A DNA stretch of 64,000 nucleotides, from the NCBI GenBank assembly GCA_964591495.1, contig CAZQEW010000001.1, forward strand, positions 5,503 to 69,502, written 5' to 3'. Of the stretch, positions 1 to 9,524 are shown piece by piece. A program made the translations under genes and the position numbers. This DNA is from an uncultured Klebsiella sp. (GTDB lineage Bacteria > Verrucomicrobiota > Verrucomicrobiia > Limisphaerales > SXTU01). The notes beneath the pieces were generated by a model that was given only the letters and a program-made list of their open reading frames with translations, was not told where the DNA came from and searched no databases. The first letter of the stretch is position 1, and each line of letters begins with the position of its first letter.

Positions 1-1305
1 CTTCAGCTTTTGTTTCAGATAGCGACGGAATTGGGGCAGGTGGGCGGTGCTCGTGAACAGGATTTGCCTGCCTTGGGCATGGACCTTTAGCAGCAGATCA
101 TGAAATAGCCGGGCGGCCGTCTCGTTGATGCTCAACACGTGTTTTAGGTCAAAGGCCACTGCGTCCACCCCGGCCATGCCTGAGAACAGGTCGTGCAGGA
201 AAACCTCGGCCGTGGACAGCACGAGATTTCCCTGCAGTTGATAAAGGTGAAAACGGTCTCCGTGGGCGGTGAGGACCCGCTTCTCCGCGGGCGTTCGGAG
301 TCTGTTCGAACTGACGGCGGCGGCCGTGAACTTCAGGCGGATTACGGAGTTGCTGGCGTGCGGGTTGTTGAACAGGTGCAGGTCAAAAAAACGGGAAAGG
401 TCATCACACACGCGCAGCCCGCGGACGCTGTTACCCCGGCTGTCCAAACGCGGCGAAAAGACTCCTATGCCAAGCTGGCCGGGGAGCACCGCAATCACTC
501 CGCCGGCCACGCCGCTTTTGGCCGGCATGCCGACGCGATACAACCATTCGCCAGCGTAGTCATACATGCCACAAGAACCCATCACGCTCAGAACGCTTTC
601 GACGTATTCGCCGCGAATCGCCTGCTTGCCTGTGACAGGGTTGACGCCGCGGTTGGCCAGGGTGGCAGCCATGACCGCAAGGTGGCGGCAATTGACCGAA
701 ACGGAGCACTGCTTGAAATAGAGATCCACCACCGGTTCCGGTGGCTCGGTCAGGATGTCGAAGTTCCGGAGCAGGTGGCCAATGGCGCGGTTGCGATGGC
801 CGGTTTCACTCTCCGAGCGATAGACCTCCTCATCCAAGGCCAAAGCCTCCCCGGCGTAGAGCGCGAACATGTCCAACATCCGCCGGAGCCGCACGGTGGG
901 CTGCTTCCCGGCGATCAAACCGGCGGCGGCAATCGCCCCGGCGTTGATCATCGGGTTTCTGGGCCGACCCGTTCCGGGCTCGAGGCTGATGGCGTTGAAC
1001 GCATCTCCCGTGGGTTCCACTCCAACTTTTTTCAACACTTCCGCCCGCGTGTTGTCCTCCAGCGCCAACCCATATACGAACGGTTTGGAGATGGACTGGA
1101 TGGTAAAGCTTTGCCGTGAGTCCCCCACCTCGTAGACATGGCCGCCGGTGGTCGCGAGGCAGATGCCAAACCAGTCCGGGTTGGCCTTCGCCAGTTCAGG
1201 AATGTAAGTGGCTACTTGGCCCTCCTTCAGCTCCGCATGCCGGTGGTGAATCTCCTTAAGATAATCATTAATGGGTGAGGTCTGAGCCGGTTCTTGAATC
1301 ATCAT
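1..1305 (-). CDS. glsA: Glutaminase A with C-terminal STAS-like domain (3' end lies beyond window start)
   Basis: Absent from the supplied ORF track because there is no stop in the window. Manual reverse translation from ATG at complement(1305..1303) gives MMIQEPAQTSPINDYLKEIHHRHAELKEGQVATYIPELAKANPDWFGICLATTGGHVYEVGDSRQSFTIQSISKPFVYGLALED...RPRNPMINAGAIAAAG...GMPAKSGVAGGVIAVLPG. These are the conserved glutaminase blocks, including S-x-x-K (SISK). The tail (FHLYQLQGNLVLSTAEVFLHDL...AFDLKHVLSINETAARLF) looks like a STAS fold. The + strand ORF 193..1119 is its antisense shadow. Confidence 0.85.
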   Translation of the reverse strand, partial: MMIQEPAQTSPINDYLKEIHHRHAELKEGQVATYIPELAKANPDWFGICLATTGGHVYEVGDSRQSFTIQSISKPFVYGLALEDNTRAEVLKKVGVEPTGDAFNAISLEPGTGRPRNPMINAGAIAAAGLIAGKQPTVRLRRMLDMFALYAGEALALDEEVYRSESETGHRNRAIGHLLRNFDILTEPPEPVVDLYFKQCSVSVNCRHLAVMAATLANRGVNPVTGKQAIRGEYVESVLSVMGSCGMYDYAGEWLYRVGMPAKSGVAGGVIAVLPGQLGIGVFSPRLDSRGNSVRGLRVCDDLSRFFDLHLFNNPHASNSVIRLKFTAAAVSSNRLRTPAEKRVLTAHGDRFHLYQLQGNLVLSTAEVFLHDLFSGMAGVDAVAFDLKHVLSINETAARLFHDLLLKVHAQGRQILFTSTAHLPQFRRYLKQKLK

Positions 1306-1710
1306 GCGAGCAAAATAGGAATTGGCTGCCCGGTAACCGAAGCAGCGTCCATGCCGACAACGGATCATCGACTAAATCCATTACAAAACTTCGTGGTTCA
1401 CCGCCGGAAAAGTAAATCGCCCTGATGATCCGGCTTCTTTTAATGCAGGTTGGGTAAAAAACGACACCGATGCGGCGCTTCCCAAGCCGGCGGCAAGCGT
1501 AGGTTGATTGGTCACAAAATGTCCTGGCTCACATTTTGAATTTCCACTGTCACTTGGCTCTCGCCTTTCTCGGCCGGCCATCCTGCGTCACTTTTGGGCC
1601 TGGCTGTCCCGCGTTGTTGGCAATGATCGCCCGGTATCCCAAAATGACTTGCCCGGTTTGAACGCCTCCTGCTTGCTCTTGAATCTGCTCTTACTCTTAA
1701 TCCACGCCGC

Positions 1711-3090
1711 GTGAAGAAACGCCGCCAATCCATTCTCCCCAAACTCCGCCGCGTCCTGGCGCCCGATGAACTTTGCCTGGACGAAGCGACCCGCACCGCC
1801 CACGCGGGCGACAAGTGGTTCGCCACGCATCTGCCGGACATCGTCGCGCTGCCGAAGACGCCCGCGGCCGTCGCCGCCGTGCTGCGGCTCGCGCACGAGC
1901 ACCGCATTCCCGTCACGCCGCGCGGAGCCGGCTACGGTTACGTGGGGGGCTGCGTGCCGGTGCGCGGCGGCATCGCGCTCTCGGTTGCGCGGATGAACCG
2001 CATCAAGGAAATCAACCCGCGCGACTTCGTGGCCGTGGTCGAGCCGGGCGTCCTCACAGCGACGCTGCAGGCCGCCGCCGAAAAGCGCGGCCTGTATTAT
2101 CCGCCCGACCCCGCCAGTCGCGCCGACTGCTCACTCGGCGGCAACATTGCCACCAACGCGGGCGGCCCGCGCTGCCTCAAATACGGCGTCACCCGTGACT
2201 ACGTGCTCGGCCTCGAGGTTGCGCTGGCCGACGGGCGGCTCGTGCGCCTCGGCAGCCGCTGCCACAAGAACAAGACCGGCTTCGACCTGCACCGTGTCTT
2301 CGTCGGCTCGGAGGGGCTGCTCGGCGTCGTGACCGAGGCCACCTTGAAGCTGCTGCCCCGGCCACCTTACCGAGCCCTGCTTGGGGTTGGCTTCGACACC
2401 GCGCACGGCGCGGCGCGTTCGCTGGCCGCCATCTTCAAGGCCGGCTTCCTTCCCTGCGCGTTGGAAATCGCCGACGAGTTCACCCTGGCTGCCGCTTACA
2501 AGCGCACGAAGAGCGAGCAGCTGGCCGGCTGCCGGGCGATGCTGTTTGTGGAGCTGGATGGTCAGGAGCGTTCCGTGCGCTCGGAGTTGAAGGCGGTCGA
2601 GCGGCTCGTCGCCGCGCACCGGCCGGCGTTCGTGAATCGTGCCTTTGGTGCCCTGGCGGTCGAGGCGCTTTGGGGTTTGCGGCGGGAGTTCAGTTACAGC
2701 CTCCGTGACACCGGGCTCACGAAGCTCAACGAGGACATCACGGTTCCGCGCGGCCGGCTGGAGGATCTGTTCAAGTTCGCCGCGCGGCTGCAGAAAAAGC
2801 ACGGCCTGCCCGTTGCCTGCTTCGGCCACGCCGGCGACGGCAACATCCACGTGAACGTCATGGTGGATTATGCCCAGCCCGGCAACCGCGCCCGGGCGGA
2901 TGCCGCGCTGGATGATCTTTTCCGCCAGATCATCGGGTGGGGCGGCGTCATCACGGGCGAGCACGGCATCGGCCTCGCGAAAAAGCCGTGGTGGCCGCTC
3001 GCGGCGAATGAAGACGTGCGCGCGCTCCACCGTTCGCTGAAGCGGGCACTCGACCCGCGCGGCATCCTGAATCCCGGCAAGTTCGTCTGA
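1711..3090 (+). CDS. FAD-linked oxidase, GlcD / D-lactate dehydrogenase family
   Basis: ORF 1711..3090 (GTG start). VALPKTPAAVAAVLRLAHEHRIPVTPRGAGYGYVGG matches the PCMH-type FAD-binding block. The C-terminal GGVITGEHGIGLAKK is typical of the GlcD family. Confidence 0.8.
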   Translation: MKKRRQSILPKLRRVLAPDELCLDEATRTAHAGDKWFATHLPDIVALPKTPAAVAAVLRLAHEHRIPVTPRGAGYGYVGGCVPVRGGIALSVARMNRIKEINPRDFVAVVEPGVLTATLQAAAEKRGLYYPPDPASRADCSLGGNIATNAGGPRCLKYGVTRDYVLGLEVALADGRLVRLGSRCHKNKTGFDLHRVFVGSEGLLGVVTEATLKLLPRPPYRALLGVGFDTAHGAARSLAAIFKAGFLPCALEIADEFTLAAAYKRTKSEQLAGCRAMLFVELDGQERSVRSELKAVERLVAAHRPAFVNRAFGALAVEALWGLRREFSYSLRDTGLTKLNEDITVPRGRLEDLFKFAARLQKKHGLPVACFGHAGDGNIHVNVMVDYAQPGNRARADAALDDLFRQIIGWGGVITGEHGIGLAKKPWWPLAANEDVRALHRSLKRALDPRGILNPGKFV

Positions 3091-3161
3091 ACCGACCGCC
3101 ACGCTGTTTCGCCCCGAACTTTTTCCTCCCGTCCGCCGTCCAACGCCCTCACAATCCAACC

Positions 3162-4184
3162 ATGCACACGTCGCCCGCCCTCAACCGCCGTCAGTTCGCC
3201 CTCGCCACCACCGCGTTCGTCATCGGCGCGGGTTCCGGCCTTGCCGCCGAGAAAAAGGGCTTCACCACGGAGAAGTCCGCCGCCGGCCTCGTGGTGAAAT
3301 ACAACGGCCAGCTCTTCACCGAATACGTCACGCTCTCCGAAAACAAGCCGATCCTCTGGCCCATCATCGGACCGACCGGCAAGGAAATGTCCCGCCGCTA
3401 CCCGATGGACAAGGTGGAGGGCGAGCAGCATGACCATCCCCACCACCGTTCGTTTTACTTCGGTCACCAGAACATTGGCGGGCTGGAGTTCTGGCATGAC
3501 GCTTCCTCGTTCGAATCGCTCAAGGCCAAGCCGGATGCCTACAAGGCGAAGCTCGCCAACCTCGGCGTCACCAAGCATCGCGAGTTCACGGAGGTCACGG
3601 CCAGTGCGGACAAGGCCGTCATTGCCGTGGCCAACGACTACGTCGCCTTCGAGGGCGGCCGGAAGATCATGGAGGACACGCGCCGTTTCACGTTCCGCGC
3701 TGATGCCGACTCCCGCACGGTCGACGTCGAAATCGTTTTCCACAACAGCACCAAGGAGCCGGTGGTCTTTGCCGACATGAAGGACGCGGGCTTCAGCGTG
3801 CGGCTGCCCACCTCGATGGCCCTGACCTCCAAGCAGGGCGGCAAAATCATCAACAGCGAGGGCATCACCGACAAGGACACCTGGTCCAAGCGCGCCAAAT
3901 GGGTGGACTACCACGGCCCTGTCGGCGGCGAGCACCTGGGCGTCGCGTTCATGGATCACCCGACGAGCTTCCGCCATCCGACGCCCTGGCATGTGCGCGA
4001 CTACGGCCTGTTCACCGCGAATGCCTTTGGCAGCAAGAGCCTGGACAAGAACCTGCCCGACGCCGCCCACACGCTCAAACCCGGGGAGAAACTCAAGCTC
4101 CGGTTCCGCGTCATCTTCCACAAGGGTGATGAAAAGGCGGCACGGATCGCCGAACGCTACGCGCAGTTTGCGAAGGAGCCCTAG
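3162..4184 (+). CDS. Secreted PmoA-family (DUF6807-like) protein
   Basis: ORF 3162..4184. It has a Tat-like signal (NRRQFALATTAFVIGAG). The His-rich block YPMDKVEGEQHDHPHHRSFYFGH resembles PmoA/DUF6807 proteins common in Planctomycetes and Verrucomicrobia. The family call is from memory, so the CDS call is stronger than the family call. Confidence 0.6.
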   Translation: MHTSPALNRRQFALATTAFVIGAGSGLAAEKKGFTTEKSAAGLVVKYNGQLFTEYVTLSENKPILWPIIGPTGKEMSRRYPMDKVEGEQHDHPHHRSFYFGHQNIGGLEFWHDASSFESLKAKPDAYKAKLANLGVTKHREFTEVTASADKAVIAVANDYVAFEGGRKIMEDTRRFTFRADADSRTVDVEIVFHNSTKEPVVFADMKDAGFSVRLPTSMALTSKQGGKIINSEGITDKDTWSKRAKWVDYHGPVGGEHLGVAFMDHPTSFRHPTPWHVRDYGLFTANAFGSKSLDKNLPDAAHTLKPGEKLKLRFRVIFHKGDEKAARIAERYAQFAKEP

Positions 4185-4194
4185 GCGGCACCGC

Positions 4195-5520
4195 TCACCG
4201 GCCCGCTGCAGGTTTCCCCATGCTCCCGGCGGGCAGCAGCAGCACCTTGTCCACGCGATGGCCGTCCATGTCGATGACCTCGACGTGATAGCCATGCAGC
4301 TGGAACGCCGCGCCCTCCTCGGGCACGCGGCCCAGATGCTTGAGCACAAAACCGCCAAAAGTCTGGTAGTCCCGCTCCGGCGCGGCATGCAGCTTGAAAT
4401 CCGGCACCGCGCGTTCGAACTCCGCCGCGTCAATCATCCCGTCCACCAGCCATGAGCCGTCCTCGCGCCGCACGGCGCGCGGACGGGCCCGTTCGTCTGG
4501 CGTAGGCAGTTCGCCGATGATCGCCTCCATGATGTCGTGCAGCGACACGAGGCCGATGATGCCGCCGAACTCGTCCGCCACCAGCGCGACGTGTTTGCCG
4601 CACTGCTTGAACTTCTCCAGCAGCCCGCTGGCCGACTGCGTGGCGGGCACGACGAGCGGCGGAACCATCAGGTCACGCACATGGGCCGGAGCGCCGGCGG
4701 CGAGGTTCGCATAAATCGCCTTCACCGACACCACGCCGAGCACGTGGTCGCGGTTGCCCTCATACACGGGAAACGTCGTGTGTCCGCTCACGACGATCTT
4801 GTGCCAGACGGATTCGTGCGGGTCGTTGACGTTGATCCAGATGATCTTCGCGCGCGGGGTCATCAGCTCGCGCACCGGCAGGCGGTCCAATGCCAGCACG
4901 CTGTCCACCATCTCGGACTCGTGCTGGTAGAACACGCCCGCACGCATCCCTTCACGCACCAGCAGCCGCACCTCCTCCTCCGTCACGCCGGCCTCGGGCG
5001 CGGGCTTGATGCGGAGCAATCCCAGCAGCGCGTCCGTGGACCAGCTCAACAGCGTGACCAAGGGCGAGACCAGGTTGGACAGCCAGCGCATTGGTCCCGC
5101 CAGCGCACACGCGATGCCCTCTGGGTTGCCTAGGCCCAGGCGCTTGGGCACAAGTTCGCCGATTACCAGCGTGAAATAGGTGAGGCCGGTGACGACGAGG
5201 GCGAATGCCACTTTGTCCGCCGAGCCCGCGAGCCAGGAGATTTCCTTCAGCGGTCCCGCCAGTTTCTCCGTCAGCGTCGCGCCGCTGAAGGCCGCCGCCA
5301 GGACGCCCACCAGCGTGATGCCCACCTGCACCGTGGAGAGGAACGTGTTGGGAGACTCCGCCAGCTCCAGCGCGGTGCGAGCGTTGGCGTCGCCGTTGTC
5401 CGCCCGCTGGCGCAACCGGCCCTTCCGGGCGGAGACCACGGCCAGTTCGGCCATCGAGAAGACGCCGTTGGCCACCAGCAGGACGAAGATGACCGTCAGT
5501 TCGAACGCCACTGAGTTCAT
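4195..5520 (-). CDS. Hemolysin-family membrane protein (CNNM/DUF21 + CBS pair + CorC_HlyC)
   Basis: ORF 4195..5520. The N-terminal TM region with MAELAVVSARKGRL (DUF21) is followed by a CBS-like region (VRELMTPRAKIIWINVND...) and a C-terminal transporter-associated domain (GSWLVDGMIDAAEFE...GYHVEVIDMDGHRVDKVLL). Confidence 0.85.
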   Translation of the reverse strand: MNSVAFELTVIFVLLVANGVFSMAELAVVSARKGRLRQRADNGDANARTALELAESPNTFLSTVQVGITLVGVLAAAFSGATLTEKLAGPLKEISWLAGSADKVAFALVVTGLTYFTLVIGELVPKRLGLGNPEGIACALAGPMRWLSNLVSPLVTLLSWSTDALLGLLRIKPAPEAGVTEEEVRLLVREGMRAGVFYQHESEMVDSVLALDRLPVRELMTPRAKIIWINVNDPHESVWHKIVVSGHTTFPVYEGNRDHVLGVVSVKAIYANLAAGAPAHVRDLMVPPLVVPATQSASGLLEKFKQCGKHVALVADEFGGIIGLVSLHDIMEAIIGELPTPDERARPRAVRREDGSWLVDGMIDAAEFERAVPDFKLHAAPERDYQTFGGFVLKHLGRVPEEGAAFQLHGYHVEVIDMDGHRVDKVLLLPAGSMGKPAAGR

Positions 5521-5636
5521 GAACGAACCCTAACCGCCCAGCGGCCCGCCGTCACGGCTGCGAAACCGTGCCGGTGCTTTTAACCGGCTCGGTTCACCAG
5601 TTGCCCCACCTGCTGCAGGGGCAGCGGCATTGGTCC

Positions 5637-6626
5637 CTACCGCTTCGCTTTGAGGGTTGCGATCAGGTAGTCCTCGACCTTGGCGTGCTTCACGGCCGGC
5701 GCCCCGGGATAGACCAGTTCGCAGGGGACGCCGATGGCTTTGCACTTTTCCTGCAGCTTCACCCCATAGTTGGCCGTGTGCGTGGGATCTTTTTGCTCCT
5801 GTCCCAGGGCCGGGGCAGAGGAATAGACCATCCAGATGGGCGGATCGTCGGCGGTGACGTGTTCGATGGGGGAATACTTTTTGATCCACGGCAGGACGGA
5901 TTCGCGGGCGGCGAGGAAGGCGGCGAACTGCGTGTCGCGGGTCTTGTTGTCCTTCGAGTCCGGCATGAAGCCGAAGGCGTGGCCGCCGTAGCGGCTGTTG
6001 GGCGTCCATTCCTTGAGCTCTTTTGGGTCCAGGGAAGTTTGCGCGCCAATGACGGCGGCGCACCACAGCCGGGTGGATTCGCGGGCGACCGGGTCAGTGC
6101 TCTTCGGGTCGGCGAGATCGGCGTGGAAGGCGAGCCACAGCGAGGAGCATGCGCCCGCGCTGCCGCCGGTCGCACCGATGCGCTGCTTGTCCAGGTTCCA
6201 CTCCTTGGCCTTGCTGCGGACGAATTGGAGCGCGCGCGCGGCATCGGCGATCGGCCATTCGACCGGCGGCTTCACCCCCGCGAGCTGCGCCTGCGTGCTG
6301 TAGCGGTAGTTGATGGAGACGACGGAGATGCCTGCGGCCAAATACTTCTCCAGTGCGGCGACGGATTTTTTGTCGCCTGCCACCCAGCCACCGCCGTGGA
6401 TGTGGAAGACGACGGGCGTGGGCGTGGCGGAGTCGGCCCGGTAGAAGTCCAGCACCTGCCGCTCGTGCGCGCCGTAGGCGACGTTGGCGTGCGTGGGCGC
6501 GCGCTGTGGGTCGGCGGGCTTGGCGGCGGGTTTGGCCGCTGGGTCGGTTTTCTTCGGTGCGTCAGCCGCGAAGGGCTGGCCGCATAGAACCCCTAAGATT
6601 AAGAGGGAGAGGCAGGCTGGTTTCAT
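5637..6626 (-). CDS. Secreted alpha/beta-hydrolase (HSL-type carboxylesterase/lipase)
   Basis: ORF 5637..6626. It has a signal peptide (MKPACLSLLILGVLCGQPFA), the oxyanion motif HIHGGGW and the nucleophile elbow GGSAG. Confidence 0.8.
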   Translation of the reverse strand: MKPACLSLLILGVLCGQPFAADAPKKTDPAAKPAAKPADPQRAPTHANVAYGAHERQVLDFYRADSATPTPVVFHIHGGGWVAGDKKSVAALEKYLAAGISVVSINYRYSTQAQLAGVKPPVEWPIADAARALQFVRSKAKEWNLDKQRIGATGGSAGACSSLWLAFHADLADPKSTDPVARESTRLWCAAVIGAQTSLDPKELKEWTPNSRYGGHAFGFMPDSKDNKTRDTQFAAFLAARESVLPWIKKYSPIEHVTADDPPIWMVYSSAPALGQEQKDPTHTANYGVKLQEKCKAIGVPCELVYPGAPAVKHAKVEDYLIATLKAKR

Positions 6627-6650
6627 GGTGGGGGGTTGGACGCGGGTTGG

Positions 6651-8225
6651 TTACTGCTTCTTGCCTTTTTTCTCGCCCTTCGCGCCGGGCTGGTCGGCGG
6701 GCAGCCGGCCAGTCTGGCGGATCTTTTCCAACTGAGCGGCCAGCTCGGCCGCGCGCTGATGTTGCTCGGTGACGAGGTTCTTCGTCTCGCCCGGATCGGC
6801 AGCCAGATCGTAAAGCTGGCCGGCGGGATCGTTGCCCATCTCGGTGTTGGTGTTGGCGTTACGCTTTGGGCCTTGGCCGGGGCTGATGTATTTCCAATTC
6901 CCGGCGCGCAGCGACAGCACGCTGGCGCTGGCGACGTGCGATTCGCGGCCCTTGGCCGAGTCACCGAGGAGCGCGGGCAGAATGTTCTGGCTGTCGCGCA
7001 GGTCGGCGGGTTTTGCGCCTGCGAGCGCGGCGAAGGAGGCGTGGAAATCGAGCTGCGAGACGAGTGCGTCCGAGACCCCGGGCTTCACGCGGCCCGGCCA
7101 GCGCACGATGAAGGGCACGCGCGTGCCCGCCTCGAAGTTGCTGTATTTGCCGCCGCGCCATGGTCCGGCGGCCTTGTGCGCGCCGAGCTTCGTGACCGCG
7201 TCGTCCTTGTAGCCGTCGTCGATCACGGGGCCGTTGTCGCTGCTGAAGACGACCATCGTTTTCTCCGAGAGCTTGAGGCGGTCGAGCGCGGCGAGCAGTT
7301 CGCCCACGCACCAGTCCATCTGCACGATGGCGTCGCCGCGCGGCCCCATGCCGGACTTGCCGACGAAGCGCGGGTGCGGCACGCGCGGCACATGGATGTC
7401 CTGCGTGCCGAAATAGAGGAAGAACGGCTGGTCCTTGCTCGCTTCGATGAAACTGATGGCCTGCCGCGTGAAAATGTCCGCCATGTCCTCGTCCTTCCAC
7501 AGGGCGGCGGAGCCACCCTTCATGTAGCCGATGCGGCTGATGCCGTTGATGAGCGCCATGTCGTGGCCGTGGCTGGGGTGCATCTTGAGCAGCTCGGGAT
7601 TGGCCTTGCCGGTGGGCAGGCCGGGAAACGGCTTCTGGTAACTCACTTCGATCGGGTCTTTCGGATCAAGGCCCGCCACGCGGCCGTTGTGGACGTAGAC
7701 GCAAGGCACGCGATCGCCGGTGGCGGCCATGATGAAGCTGAAGTCGAAGCCCGCCTCGCGCGCGCCCGGTTTGATCTCGCCGCTCCAGTCCGGCCCGCCC
7801 TGCGGCCCTAGGCCGAGATGCCACTTGCCCACCGCGCCCGTCGTGTAGCCTGCGCCGCGCAAGGTCAGCGGCAGCGTGCCGCGCTCCGGTTCAAGCACGA
7901 GCCCGGCGTCGCCGGGCAGCACGCCGGTGCCGCGCTTTCGCCACGGATATTCGCCGGTGAACATCGCATAACGCGAGGGCGTGCAGGTGGCGGAGGTGCA
8001 ATGACCATCCATGAAGCGGAGACCTTCACGCGCCAGTCGGTCCACGTTGGGCGTCTTCACGGCGGTTGCGCCATAGCACCCCGTGTCACCCCAGCCGAGG
8101 TCGTCAATGTAGATGAGCAGGATGTTCGGCTTCGCTGGCGCGGCAGAAGAACGGCTGCCAAGGGGCGTCAGGAACGCAAGGAGAACGAAGCAGACAATCT
8201 GCGGTAAACGCATGGTGTGGAGCAT
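6651..8225 (-). CDS. Arylsulfatase (formylglycine-dependent sulfatase family)
   Basis: The ORF track gives 6651..8345. The likely start is an internal Met (complement 8225 or 8213) just before the signal peptide MRLPQIVCFVLLAFLTPLG. The sulfatase signature is C-T-P-S-R (TCTPSRYAMFTG), with a metal-binding N-terminus NILLIYIDDLGWGD. Confidence 0.85.
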   Translation of the reverse strand: MLHTMRLPQIVCFVLLAFLTPLGSRSSAAPAKPNILLIYIDDLGWGDTGCYGATAVKTPNVDRLAREGLRFMDGHCTSATCTPSRYAMFTGEYPWRKRGTGVLPGDAGLVLEPERGTLPLTLRGAGYTTGAVGKWHLGLGPQGGPDWSGEIKPGAREAGFDFSFIMAATGDRVPCVYVHNGRVAGLDPKDPIEVSYQKPFPGLPTGKANPELLKMHPSHGHDMALINGISRIGYMKGGSAALWKDEDMADIFTRQAISFIEASKDQPFFLYFGTQDIHVPRVPHPRFVGKSGMGPRGDAIVQMDWCVGELLAALDRLKLSEKTMVVFSSDNGPVIDDGYKDDAVTKLGAHKAAGPWRGGKYSNFEAGTRVPFIVRWPGRVKPGVSDALVSQLDFHASFAALAGAKPADLRDSQNILPALLGDSAKGRESHVASASVLSLRAGNWKYISPGQGPKRNANTNTEMGNDPAGQLYDLAADPGETKNLVTEQHQRAAELAAQLEKIRQTGRLPADQPGAKGEKKGKKQ

Positions 8226-8310
8226 ACTTCGGGGCAGACGCACGGAACCAGCCCGAAGGTAACGCGGTGCGCACTTGCCGCCTGCGCGCTTCGCCCTACC
8301 CTGTGCGCCC

Positions 8311-8850
8311 ATGAGCATTGCAACCAGGACAGGCGACAACGGCACGACCGGCCTGATGTATAATCGGCGCGTGTCGAAGTGCCACCCGCGCGTGGAGGCC
8401 TACGGCACGGTGGACGAGTTGAACGCCGCGCTCGGCCTGGCGCGCGCGTCCGCACAGCAGGCCTTCGTGGCGGACAACCTGCTTGTCATCCAGAAGGACC
8501 TCGTGACCCTCATGGGCGAACTCGCGACAGGGACGGACGATCTGCCGCGTTATGCGAAGGACGGATTCACCCTCGTGAGCGCCGAGTTGACGGCTAAACT
8601 GAACAAACTGGTCGCTGAGATCGAGGCGCAGAGCGTGACGTTCAAGGGCTGGGCCACCCCGGGAGCGACGCTGAACAGCGCCGCGCTCGATGTCGCGCGC
8701 ACGGTATGCCGCCGGGCCGAGCGGCGCGTTTGTGCGCTGCACGAGGTCGGACAGCTCCATAACCCGGAAATCATCATCTATCTGAATCGCCTGGCTGACC
8801 TGCTCTGGCTCTTCGCCCGCTGGGTGGAGACCAAGGCGGGATTGCAGTAA
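8311..8850 (+). CDS. ATP:cob(I)alamin adenosyltransferase, PduO type
   Basis: The track ORF 8275..8850 begins at TTG. ATG at 8311 gives MSIATRTGDNGTTGLMYNRRVSKCHPRVEAYGTVDELNAALG, the classic PduO-type N-terminus. Confidence 0.85.
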   Translation: MSIATRTGDNGTTGLMYNRRVSKCHPRVEAYGTVDELNAALGLARASAQQAFVADNLLVIQKDLVTLMGELATGTDDLPRYAKDGFTLVSAELTAKLNKLVAEIEAQSVTFKGWATPGATLNSAALDVARTVCRRAERRVCALHEVGQLHNPEIIIYLNRLADLLWLFARWVETKAGLQ

Positions 8851-8891
8851 GCAGTTTTCAGCTGGGCTGGGGCTGTGATTAGAATTGACCC

Positions 8892-9524
8892 ATGCCATCC
8901 GTAACCATTGCTGGTCCGGCCGGTTCCCTGGAAGGCCGGTTTCATCGCGCGGCCTTGCCGCACGCACCCATCGCGCTGGTGCTGCATCCGAATCCCAAGT
9001 TCGGGGGCACGATGAACACGCTGGTGGTGTATTCGCTGTTCACCACCTTTCAGGACGCGGGCTTCAGCGTGTTGCGGTTCAACTTCCGCGGCGTCGGCCG
9101 CAGCGCGGGCGAATTCTCCGGCGGGGCAGGGGAGCTGGCGGATGCCGAGGCGGCCTGGGCGTGGCTGTGCGCGGAGTGTCCCCAAGCGAAGGCGAAGTGG
9201 GTGGCGGGGTTTTCCTTCGGTTCCTGGATTGGGCTGCAACTGCTGGCCAAGGCCGGCGGCTTCGATGGCTTCGTGGTAGTGGCGCCACCGGCAAACAACC
9301 TCGACTTCGGCTGCGTGAAGGAATGGCGGACGCCAGGCCTCATCGTGCACGGCTCGGCGGATGCGCTGGTGCCCGAGGTGGTGGTGAAGGAACTGGCGGC
9401 CCGGCCCTGTGCGCCGGGTGTGGTGGTGGATTACGCGCCCGTGGCGGGTGCGAGCCATTTCTTCGACACGGGGCAGGAAGAGTTGGTGCGCGTGGTGCGC
9501 AAACGCATCACGCGCGGCGGCTGA
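8892..9524 (+). CDS. Alpha/beta hydrolase (COG2945-like)
   Basis: ORF 8892..9524. IALVLHPNPKFGGTMNTLVV...FNFRGVGRSAGEF...GFSFGSW (G-x-S-x-G) ...HGSADALV is a small single-domain hydrolase pattern. Confidence 0.7.
   Translation: MPSVTIAGPAGSLEGRFHRAALPHAPIALVLHPNPKFGGTMNTLVVYSLFTTFQDAGFSVLRFNFRGVGRSAGEFSGGAGELADAEAAWAWLCAECPQAKAKWVAGFSFGSWIGLQLLAKAGGFDGFVVVAPPANNLDFGCVKEWRTPGLIVHGSADALVPEVVVKELAARPCAPGVVVDYAPVAGASHFFDTGQEELVRVVRKRITRGG

Noticed and set aside
1393-1420. The segment GGUUCACC...GGAAAAGUAAAU, next to the glutaminase gene, is superficially reminiscent of the glutamine (glnA RNA) riboswitch core (CGUUCA...GGACGGAAGUAGG).
   Set aside because: It differs from the conserved core at several positions as far as I recall it. 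It is on the strand opposite to glsA. I could not draw the three-stem/pseudoknot fold. The class is known mainly from cyanobacteria and marine phage. An Infernal scan with RF01739 would settle the question.
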